Both the position numbers and the translations under genes were made by a program. Below, one piece after another: positions 36,624-47,293 of a stretch of 51,464 nucleotides of DNA. The notes beneath the pieces were generated by a model, which worked only from the letters and a program-made list of their open reading frames with translations, searched no databases and had not been told where the DNA came from. Numbering within the stretch: position 1 is the first letter of the stretch; every line of letters begins with the position of its first letter. The stretch covers positions 1-51,464 of the forward strand of contig NW_025214806.1 in NCBI RefSeq assembly GCF_004010195.1, given 5' to 3'. The DNA comes from Chiloscyllium plagiosum. Lineage: Eukaryota.

Positions 36624-36663
36624 CCACTGATGATGTTACCTCGCCAGGTAATGAAACGTCTGG
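36624..36663 (+). ncRNA. Minimal type I hammerhead ribozyme in the PLE pseudo-LTR
   Basis: CCA-CTGATGA-T-GTTACCT(CGCC)AGGTAAT-GAAAC-GTC^TGG: intact CUGAUGA/GAAA/GUC core, 7-bp stem II, palindromic ACGT minimal stem III and CCA/TGG stem I. Confidence 0.8.
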
Positions 36664-37809
36664 ATATCAAACCTACAGCTCAGCGAGCAAACCTACACCC
36701 TAAATCTCAACCTGAGCGACAAACCTTGCATCTAAGAAAGGTTTTTAAGACAGCATCTAGAATGTTATTCAAGAGAAGGAATGCTGTTCAACGTAACTTT
36801 AGGGAACAAATTGAAGCAGGGTCAGTGCAGAAGCATTTTGGTGATCGTGACCATAACTCTGTCACTTAAAAGATTTAAAAAGACAACTATAGAAAAGGAC
36901 AAAGTTTGACCAGAAATAAAAAGGTGCCGAATTGGGGAAATGCTGACTTTAAAATGACAAAGCAGGATCTGACAAGAGTGTGAAGTTGACTGGAAGCAAC
37001 TATTTGTAGGAAAATTCATAGAGCAGTGGGAGTCATTTATTTAAAAAAAAAAAGTGTAGTGTGTGTGCAGGGCCAAAATATTACCATAAATGGAGAGGGG
37101 TAGACAAATAGGAACCAGAGATGTCAAGGAATGTATAGGATTGGGTAAAGCGAAAAAGGAAAACTTATGATGGGTACTGAGAGCTAAAACAACAGAAATG
37201 CCAGAGGAGGATAGAAAGTGTAGGGTATTAATTATAAATAAATTATTACAGCAAACAGGAGGCATGATTTTTTTTTAAAAAAGGCTAAAATAGAACAAAA
37301 TCCAATTATATTTTACCAGTTTAAGGAAGGCAAGAGGATAAAGGAAAAGGAAAGAGCAAGTCCGTTAGGAGCCAGTCACTACTTGTGCATGGAGCTCAAA
37401 GATACAGATCAGGTTTTCAATGAGTACCTTGCATTTATATTCACTACAGAGGAGGACCATATCGGTATAGAAACCGTGAAGGGGGACTGTGATAAACAAA
37501 CAAGTCAACATTGGAAGGGAGCAGATATTAGAGGTTTTAGCAGGCTTAATGTTAGATAATTCCCTAAGTTCAGATGAGGTGTATTCCAGACTGCTATGGG
37601 AGGCAAGAGAGGATAGTTCATGGGCTCTGACATTAAATTTTCAAATACTTTCTGGTCAGGGGACTGGAAACCACTAATAGATGCCATTATCCAAGAAGGT
37701 TGGTGGGGATAAACCAGGGTAGTATTGGCCAATGAGCCTCTAACAGGGAAACCTTTGGAAAACATTCCAGTGACAGACTTCGCAGTTTAGTCCAGAGAGA
37801 CTGTCCTGG

Positions 37810-40800
37810 CATTCCCCATGATCATGGCTGATTGAACACTTCAGTGGCTTTTATTCACTCCATCTCCGTAATCCTGAATTGCTACTATTAATCAGAAGTC
37901 TATCAATCTCTACCTTAAACATACACAAAGACTTAGCCTCCACAGCTCTCTCTGGTTCGAGAATTTTGAACAATCACAACAGGAGTAAAGCAATCCTTTG
38001 TTATCTTGGAGCTAAGAATCATACATGTAACTTTTAAAATTTGCCCTGGTTCTCTACTCCCCAACCAGGAGCGACATCTTACCTACATCTACCTTGTCTA
38101 TCCCTTTTTACATTTTCAAAGTTTCAATAAGATCGCCTCTAATTCTTTGAAACTGTAGAGAATACAGGCCTAGTTTGCCCAATCTCTGTGAGGACAATCC
38201 CACCATTGCAAATCAAGGTTGATAAACCTTAGTTGCACTCCTTCCATGGTAAATAATATTCGTCCTGAGAGGAGACCAAAACTGCACAAAGTTGGCTCTG
38301 TATGGTGTCAGCAAACTCTGAATTGAAGCAAAACTTCACTACTCGTGTACTCAAATCCTCTTGCAATAAAACCTAATATTTTAATGGCCTTCCTAACAGT
38401 TGCTAGTCTTGCATGTGAGTCCTAAGTGACCCATTGACAAGGACACCTATGTCCATAAGATATAGGAGCAGATTGGGCCATTCAGCCCATCAAATCTGCT
38501 CTGCCATTGAATCATGCCTGATGGGTTTTTCATCCCCATTTTCCCGCTTTCTCCCTGTAACCTTTTGATCATCTTGTCAATCAAGAATTTATTTATCACT
38601 GTTTTTAAATATACTCAATGACCTGGCCTCCACAACCTTCTTTGGCAGTGAATTCCACAGATTTACCACTCTCTGGCTTGAGACATTTCTTCTTATCTCC
38701 ATTCTACAGGGTCTTTCCTCTCTCCTTCTGCTGTGCCCTCGGGTCCTCATATGTCCTGCCAAAGGAAACACTTTCCCAATGTCCTCTCTGTCCAGACCGT
38801 TCAGTATTCTGTGTTTCAGTCAGATCCCCCTCATTCTTCTAAACTCCATCGAGTATACTCCTGGAGTCCTCCAAACATTCCTCACGTGTTAAGACTTTCA
38901 TTCATGGGATCATTCTCGTGAATCTCCTTTGGACCCATTCCAGGGCCAATACATCCTTTGTGAGGTGTGGAACCAAAAATTGCTCATAATACCTGAATGT
39001 GATTTGATCAGAGACTCTTAAAACCTCAGAGGTATATCCTTATTTCTGTATTCTATTCTTCTTGAGATGAATGAAAACATTGTATCTGCCTTCCTAACTA
39101 CTGACTCAACCTGGACTAGGACTCCCAAGTCACTTTGCACTTCAGATTTCTGAATTTTCTCCCCATTTAGAAAATAATCCATGCCTCTATTCTTCCTACC
39201 AAAGTGCATAACCTCACACTTTGCTTCATTGTATTTCATCTGCCACTTCATTGCCCACTCTCCTAAACTGTCTAAAACTTTCTGCAGCCTCCCAACTTCC
39301 TCAATACTATCTGCCCCTCCATCTATCTTTGTGTCATCTGCAAACTTGGCCAGAATGCTCTCTGTTCCTTCATCCAGATCATTAAAGTATGAAGTGAAAA
39401 GTTGTGGTGCCAACACTGACCCTTTGGAATACTGTCAGCTACTGGTTTCCATCCTGAGAAGGACCCTTTTATCCCCACTCTCCCTCCTGTGTGCTATCTG
39501 ATCAAAGGCGTTCTGGAAGTCCAGATAGACAACATCCATTGGCTCTCCTTGGTGTCACCTGCCCATTACCTCCTCCAAGAATTCTAACTGATTTGTCGGG
39601 CATGACCTCCCCTAGATGAAACCATGCCAAGTTTGCCGTATTTTACCATGCACTCCCAAGTATTCAGAAATCTCATCCTTCACAATGGACTCCAAAATCT
39701 TACCAATGACTGACGTCAGGCTAATTGACTTATAATTTCCCATCTTTTGCAGTATTCCCTACTTAAATACTGGGGGCTGGTTTACATTAGCGATTTTCTA
39801 ATCCTCTGGGATTCTCCCTGACTCCAGTGATTTCTCAAAGATTACTACTAAAGCCTCTATCTGTTCAGCTATCTCCTTCAGAACTCGAGGGTGTAGCCCA
39901 TTGGGTCCAGATGATTTACCACTTTCAGACTTTTGAGCACCTTCACCTTGGTGAAAGCCACTGTATTCATCTCTGCATTCCTCCCCGCGCCCCGACTCTC
40001 TTCAAATTTTGGGATATTACTTGTCTTCCACAGTGAAGACTGACAAAAAGTACTTATTCAGCTTCTCACCCATTTCATTGTTCCTGATTTACTACTGCTT
40101 CAACATTTTCCAGTGGCCCAGTGTCCACTTTTGCCTCTCTTTTGCCCTTTTTTTTAAATATTTGAAGAAACTCTTACAATCTTTCCGAATATCACTGGCT
40201 AGCTATCCCCATATTTACCTTGTCTCCTCCTTTATTTCTTTTCTCGTTTTCCTCTGTTTGTCATTGTTTGTTTCCCAATCCCCTGGCTTCTGACTGCCCT
40301 TCACCACGTTGTGGAAACCAGTGACTGTGTTTTTTTTCTCTTTTGCTTTTATGCGGCCCCTGACTTCCTTGGTTGCCTCATCCTCCCTGTACCATGCTGC
40401 TTTTTCCATGGGATAATTTTTTGCTGTCTCTCTTGAATTACTCCCAGAAACTCCTACCATTGCTGTTCCACTATCTTTCCTGCTAGGCTCCTGTCCCAGT
40501 CAGTTCTGGTCAGCTCCTCCTTCATGCCTCTGTACAGTAGTTGCCTTTTAATCTGCTGCAATACAATTGCATGTGATTCCACCTTCTCCCTCTCAGTTTG
40601 TAGAGTAAATTCTATCATATTATGGTCACTGGCTTCTCAGAGTTCCTTCACCTTAAGGTCTGCCTCATTGCAGACAATGAATCCACTATTGCCTGTTCCC
40701 TAGTGGACCCCCACCACAAGCTGCTCCAAAAAGCCATCTCGTAGACATTCGACAAATTCCTTTTCTTGCAATCCACTACCAACTTGACTTTCCCAGTCCA

Positions 40801-41490
40801 CCTGAATATTGAAACCCCTCATGATCACCATCACCTTGCCGTTCTTCTGTACCTTTTCTATATCTTCTGTTTATCTACACTTTCCAACTTCTTATCATTT
40901 AAGAAATATTCCGCATATGTTTCTCCTACCAAAGTCAATAACCTCTCATTATATGACATCTACTATGTTCTTGCCCATTCACTAAGTCTGTCATTGTTCT
41001 GAAGTTGCTTGACATGTTCCAAACAGTACTTATTCCCACTTAGCTTTGTATTATCTGTAAATGTTGAAAAAAATATTGCTTTGGGTCTCCACCTCAGTCA
41101 TTTATTTGAGGAAACAGCCATGGCTCAAGCACTGGTCCTTACAGTACTCTGTTACTCACAGTCTATCAACACGAGTGAACCATTTATTCCTACTGTTTTC
41201 TGGATTTTACTCCAAATCATTTAATCTTTCCAATTGGTCTTCTGTGGGGGACTTCATCAAAAGTCTTCTGAAAACTCAAGTATATTACATCCAGGAGCTC
41301 TACTTTATCAATTTTGTTAGTAACAATGTTTTTTTTAAAACTCCAATGGGCTTAAACTCATCATCAACTGGATATTTATCCAGACCTTTATAATAGGCTC
41401 TAGCAATTTCCTTATCTCTAGTATGAGGGTAAGAGTTCTGTAGTTCCCCATTTCTCTCAGGCTCCCTTTTAAAAATATTGGCGTGGGACT
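37810..41490 (-). mobile_element. Older CR1 split by a younger nested CR1
   Basis: CR1 3' portion at 37810-38454 resumes as the RT region at ~40846-41490 (reverse FTDNTK and DFDEVP remnants). Confidence 0.7.
38455..40845 (-). mobile_element. CR1 LINE, ~2.4 kb of ORF2 plus 3' UTR
   Basis: Minus ORF APQLFTSYFNDLDEGTESILAKFADDTKI..WQMKYNEAKCEVMHFGRKN; also QRVVNLWNSLPKKVVEA. Confidence 0.93.
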
Positions 41491-41499
41491 AACTTCCTC

Positions 41500-43100
41500 A
41501 TTAGGGATATTTGGTGCTGGTGTTGGGAAGGTTTTAAACTAGATTGTTGGGGAGTTGGGAACCCAAGTGTGAAGTCAGATCCAAGAAAAGCAGATCCAAT
41601 CAAAAGGAGGTAGAAGTGTAGTAAGTAAATAAGAGCGATGGAACAATGACAGGCATCAAATCAGATCAAAATGGAGAATAATGTTTAAAAAGACTGAATT
41701 CAAAGTATTCTAATCTGTCGGCATGTATTATTTTCAAAATGCATAAGTTAAGGTAATGGATGATTTAATTGCTATTACAGAGACATAGCCACAGGGTGAT
41801 TGAGATTGGAAACTGATCATTCAGTATTTTCTACATTTAGAAGGGACAACAAGAAAAGAAAAAAGTGATGAGGTAGCATATCTAATGAGGGATGTCATCA
41901 ATACATTAGTAAGACAGGATCATAGACTGAAGGGTCAAGATAGAATCTGTCTGCGTAGATCTAAGCAAAAGCAAGGAGAAGCAAACATTGAAGCAAGTTG
42001 TTCATAGACCACCAAACTGTAGTACTAATATTAGTCGCATTATAAATCTTGACATTAATCACATTATATGCCTTTATAATATCATAATAACTGATGACTT
42101 GTATCTATATATTGACTGAGTTAACCAAGTCAACACTAATGTTGTAGAGGAGGAATTCCGAGAATATGTAGAAGATGGGTATCTGGAGCATAATACTGAG
42201 AAGATAACTAGGGATCAAGCTATTTTGGGGTTGGTATGGATTAGTGAGAAGGGGTCAATTAATTAACAAACTTGCTGTAATAGCAACCATAATATGCTAG
42301 AATTTTTCATGAAGTTTTGAATCTGACAAAGTTCATTCTCAAACCAGGATCTTAAATCTGTGCAAAGTAAATTATAAAGGTCTGAAGGGAAAGTCAACTA
42401 GGATGGACTGGCAAAATAATGTAAAAAAATATGGCAGCAGACAAGCAAGTTAAATAAATACTGCAAGGTCTACAAAATACCTGATAGATGAAAGGTAAAT
42501 CATTCATGGCTCATGAAATAAATTAAAGATTGCCTTAGGTCAAAGGAAATGGCATATAGAAATGTCAGAAATGCAACAAGCTTAAGCATTGGGAGAAATT
42601 TAAGACCCAAAGGAAATCTAAGAAATTGATAAGAGAATGCAAAGGCACACTAGCAACTAACACACTTGCAGACTGCACAAGCTTTCATTGACATAATGAA
42701 AGGTATAAGACAAGCTATGGCAAAACTGGGCAGTTAGGGACAAGAGAATTTATAGTCTAGGCCATGGAAACAGCAGAAAAACTAAGCTGTTCCCTCACAG
42801 CTGTCTACAGACCAGATACAGGAAATTGTCAAAAATAAAGATGATCAAGGCAGTTGTGTAACTAAAGATCTAAAATAAATTTAGTATTTGTGTAGAAATA
42901 GTACTTTTTCTTTTTAAAAAAAGCTGGATTGCGGTTTGATAAATCTCCTGGACCAGACAAACTTTATCCGAGCTCCTTGAAGAAAGTATCAACATAGGTA
43001 GCAAATGCGCCGATAACTTTCCTCCATAATTGTCAAAAGGTTCGGGAAAGGTTCTAGCCAAATAGAAGGTTATCAATTGTAATTCCACTATTGAAGGAAA
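41500..43100 (+). mobile_element. Highly decayed CR1 (ORF1 end to start of RT)
   Basis: ggttttaaactagattgttggggg ORF1 end, gctattacagagacatag (AITET), aaatctcctggaccagac (KSPGPD) remnants. Confidence 0.7.
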
Positions 43101-43103
43101 AGG

Positions 43104-43412
43104 ATTAGATTACATTACAGTGTGGAAACAGGCCCTTCGGCCCAACAAGTCCATACTGACCTACCAAAGCGCAACCCACCCATACCCCTACATTTACCCC
43201 TTACCTAACACTACGGACAATTTAGCATGGCCAATTCACCTTACCTGCACATCTTTGGACTATGGGAGGAAACCGAAGCACCCGGCGGAAACCCACGCAG
43301 ACACGGGGAGAACGTGCAAACTCCACACAGTCAGTTGCCTGAGGCAGGAATTGAACCCAGGTCTCTGGCGCTGTGAGGCAGCAGTGCTAACCTCTGTGCC
43401 ACCGTGCTGCCC
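43104..43412 (-). mobile_element. V-SINE (HE1-like), full length
   Basis: Close reverse complement of 27997-28317. Confidence 0.92.
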
Positions 43413-44474
43413 ACAGGAATGGTGGAGAACTACAGACCTCAATGGGCAAGTATATTTTTCCTTCGATAAGGACACCAAAGGCCCACACATTACTTCAATG
43501 ATTGAATTTCATCTTTTAACAATGGTAATACTGTATTAATAGTTATAATGACAGTGAAATGATAGCATGATAACCCACATTTTAAGTATGTAAACTAAGA
43601 GCAGAACATCATGTTTTACATCGCTCCTCTATTCTGAAATTGAACAGCACATGAGATAGCTTAGAATTAGAGTCACCCTTGATGATAGGAATGTGCCAGT
43701 GTGGAAGCAAAGAAAAAAAAGTGAGTCATTTTTGCCTTCATTAAAAAGTGTGACAAGTTACAACAAATAATTTAAAGACAGCATGGATGGATGTGCAATG
43801 AGGGAACTGAATTTCTGTTTTTAAACCAGCTTAGAGCGTGCAGGTAGATAACTGTAGCTGCAAGACAGACTGTTTAGTTTCAAATACAAAAATCCAGATT
43901 TTCAAGATCAAGTTAGAGATGATATACTCCCAAGGTTGTTAGCTGTGGTCACAATTCCTCAACAAAACTATGCCCTTGTATTGTTGTATTTATGAAGCAT
44001 AAAGTAGAGGAATTGACCGTATAGAATTCATAATAATTTGCAGAAATTAACACTTGCTTATCTTCTAAATGAAGGTATATAAGGAATATAAACTGTTTGT
44101 AAGTGTCTGCAAAAAAACCTGGGGGAAAAAACAAATGGTTAGTGATAAGGAAGTGCCTGATTTGATGGGAACTTCACTAATTAAGCTAGGATAGGGACAC
44201 CAGGTCAAGATTACATAGGCCTCACTTTACTCTTCACAAAGCAGCAAAGAATAATCATCTTAACAAAGTTGCAATAACAAACTTAACGAAGAGGGTGGAC
44301 TTATGGATAATTAACTACTTAAGCAGCCTGTCAGGAGATAGTGGGAGGTGACTTTGGACAATGTCCATCATTCCCAAATCTTGCTTAGCTTAGCCCAATC
44401 AAAATGTAACTTATAATTGATCAGGGTGTAGGTATGACATCGCAAGACACACTTGGTGAGAAAATTTAATATTT

Positions 44475-44790
44475 TTTATTCTCTCACAGGATGTGGATGT
44501 CTCAGTCCATGCCAGCAATTATTGTCTATCTCTAATTGCCTAGAGAGCACTTAAGAATCAACCCTCTGAGTCACATGCAGGCCAGACCAGGTCGGCGTGA
44601 AGCAAATGGATTTTTCTGACAATTAACAAAGGTTTCATGGTCATCTTTGGACCTTTAATTCCAGATTCCTTGTTGAATTCAAATTCCACCATCTACCATG
44701 ACAGGATTTCAACCTAGGTCCCCAGAATATTAGCTTGAGTTTCTGAATTGACTGTTTAGCTAGATCATACCTCTACGCAATCCCCACATC
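44475..44790 (-). mobile_element. Second tRNA-derived SINE family, decayed
   Basis: gtcacatgcaggccagaccagg..ttgaattcaaattccaccatc..ggatttcaacctaggtcccc (reverse B-box-like); a related fragment lies near 1965-2060. Confidence 0.55.
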
Positions 44791-44837
44791 ATCCCTCTTC
44801 TAAAGGAACAAAGGCCCGCATGTCAGTATACACTGAA

Positions 44838-45030
44838 TAGATGCGAAGCTGGAAGAGCACAGTAGGTCAGACAGCATCTGATAAGCACGAAAGTCAATGT
44901 TTCAGGATGAAACCTTTTTTCAGGAAGAGTCCTGACGAAGCGTTTTGCTGCTCCTCAGATGTTGTCTGACCTGCTGTGCTCTTCCAACTTCACATCTATT
45001 GACTCTGACTTCCAGCATCTGCAGTCCTTA
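44838..45030. mobile_element. Inverted pair of Penelope-like pLTR remnants
   Basis: 44838-44881 and 44955-44998 are inverted repeats (4 mismatches in 44 bp); eroded hammerhead cores lie between them. Confidence 0.6.
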
Positions 45031-45764
45031 CTGTTGCCTAGTCATTAAGCCATGTGTTTTGTCATCTTGGGTATTTACCAAGGGCCAACAGGAGGGAGGG
45101 GAAATAAATAGGGTAGATTTTCCTGCAGTCTCAAGCACATATTTCAGCTCAGAGATACAAATACGTATTGATATAATTGGACAATAAATGTATTAATTTG
45201 AATATATTTGGCTAATGTAGTCATGTGTACCAATTTAGAATGTTAACTATTCAAACAAAGCTGGATGGAAACATAGGTGAATAAATGTTTCACCTTTTGA
45301 TTGGAAACTGAGCTGTAAGGAAGTCAGTCAATCGGAAGTTTATCTGTAAAAATGGTTAAAATAAAACTGGCTTGGAATAAAGATTTGAGCTATACACTAT
45401 TTTTAGTGCATGAATAAATGTTTAAAGAATTTTGAAGTAATAAAGGTTTAAACTTGCCATTCCAGTTCTCCCAGACAGATCATCCTGACTGGCAGCAATT
45501 TCAGTCGTGCAAGTTCAGTAGCACTAAGATGCAATGTTCCTAGATCAGAAATATCCTTGTTTTCAATGGTAACCTGTTGACAACTTTAAATGCTGAACTG
45601 TACTGGCGAACTTGCTACACAGCATGAGCACTATTCTGCTCTGCATCCTGCTCCTCTTCAATGAACGATGTTGAGTGCATCACTACAGTCTAGTCCTCTC
45701 TTCAGTGTTTGGACTTGATATACATTTTCCATAATCAACCCGTTCTGAGATATTATGACATATC

Positions 45765-46110
45765 TTAACTAGGTCTATAAACAGATGTGGGGCATAGATA
45801 AGGGAGATAGCCAACAACTTTTACCCACAGTAGGGGAGGCTAAACTAGAGGGCACAGGTTTAAGTTGAGAGGGAAGAAATACAAAAGTATCCAGTGGGGC
45901 AATTTCTTCTCACAAAGGGTGGAGAGTGTCTGGAATGGGCTTTCAGAGGTAGTGGTGGAGGCAAGTACAATTTTGTTATTTAAGAAACAATATATATGGA
46001 GGGCTACGGACCAAACACCGGCAAATAGGACGAGATTTATTGTGAAAACTGGGCAGCATGGACAAGTTAGGCTGAATGGCTTTCTTCCATGCTGTAAACC
46101 TCTGAGTCTG
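45765..46110 (+). mobile_element. CR1 3' end
   Basis: GNFFSQRVESVWNGLSEVVVEA followed by the CR1 tail. Confidence 0.85.
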
Positions 46111-46502
46111 TGATAACAGTTGGATTGAGACTACTGTCAACATAATCCATAACTACTACAACAAATCATATGTGCCTTGCACATTTATTCCATAATTACA
46201 ACAGTGTCACTTACATACAGTAATTCCCCAACTAATTATCTGTAAAATAGAACAGTCAGATCTGTAACTTACTACGTGAAGTAGTACTGAAAAACATTAG
46301 CTGGAGCCGGTATTTAGATTGCTCAAATTACTATACAATAAACACTAAGAAAAATGCATTTTTGTAGTGCACTGAGATTTGAAAATAACTTGCACTATTG
46401 GAATGTAAATGAATGCATCTGCCAGTAATCTCTCTCAAACTACAACTACAAAAGATAAGTGACTAAATTGGGACTTGGTCTGAGCAAATCAGAGCTGGAC
46501 TC

Positions 46503-47293
46503 GTACATTTAATGGTAAGGTCCTAGGGAGTGTTGCTAAACAAAAAGACCTTGGAGTGCAGGTTTATAGCTCCTTGAAAGTAGAATCATAGGTAGGATAG
46601 TGAAGAAGGTGTTTGGTATGCTTTCCTTTATTGGTCAGAGTATTGAGTACAGGAGTTGGGAGGTCATGTCATGGCCGTACAGGACATTGGTTAGGCCACT
46701 TTTGAAATATTGCGCGCAATTGATTTTCTTCCCATTGGAAGGACTATCACTGTGAAACTTGAAAGGATTCAGAAAAGATTTACAAGAATGTTGCCAAGGT
46801 TGGAGGATTTGAGCTATAGGAAGAGGTTGAATAGGCTGGGGCTGTTTTCCTTGGAGTGTTGAAAGTTGAGGGGTCACCTTAGAGAGGTTTATAAAATCAT
46901 GAGTGGCATGGATAGGATAAATAGGCAAAGTCTTTTCCCTCGGGTGGGAGAGTCCAGAACTAGAGGCACAGGTTTAGGGTGAGAGGGAAAGATATAAAAG
47001 AGACCTAACGGACAACTTTCTTATGCAGAGGATGGTACGTGTATGGAATGAGCTGCCAGAGGAAGTGGTGGAGGCTCGTACCTTTGCAACATGAGCTGCC
47101 AGAGGAAGTGGTGGAGGCTCGTACCTTTGCAACATTTAAAAGGCATCTGGATGGGTATATGAGTAGGAAGGGTTTAGAGGGATATGGGCCAGGTGCTGGC
47201 AAGCAGTACTCGATTAGGTTGGGATATCTGGTCGGCATGGACGAGTTGGACCGAAGTGTCTGCTTCCATGCTGTTCATCTCTATGACTCTCTG
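46503..47293 (+). mobile_element. CR1 3' fragment with internal 43-bp tandem duplication
   Basis: gaccttggagtgcagg..agaggtttataaaatcatg..tggaatgagctgccagagg..; 47048-47090 is repeated at 47091-47133. Confidence 0.92.

Larger units (their letters stand above)
35821..36729 (+). mobile_element. Penelope-like retroelement insertion: inverted partial pLTR, RT thumb, (gap), 3' pLTR; 15-bp TSD
   Basis: FTKEEETDNKPAFLDITVERKDNGELQTCVYRKP.TNTDQILNYTSNHPNTHKRSCIRTLFQRA is the PLE RT C-terminus. 35815-35873 is the reverse complement of 36650-36708. ATCTAAGAAAGGTTT lies at 35806-35820 and 36730-36744. Confidence 0.92.
34590..37775 (+). mobile_element. Old CR1 (ORF1 end plus ORF2 endonuclease/linker) hosting two later insertions
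   Basis: YVNAHRLANKADRL..YDFVTVTETCL is the APE endonuclease N-terminus. Later segments include gagcattttggtgatcgtgaccataac-type (HFGDRDHNS) and DNSLSSDEVYSRLLWEARE. Confidence 0.8.

Noticed and set aside
32266..40845. Intact or novel reverse transcriptase system
   Set aside because: All RT segments are frameshifted, truncated CR1 or PLE fossils typical of shark genomes.
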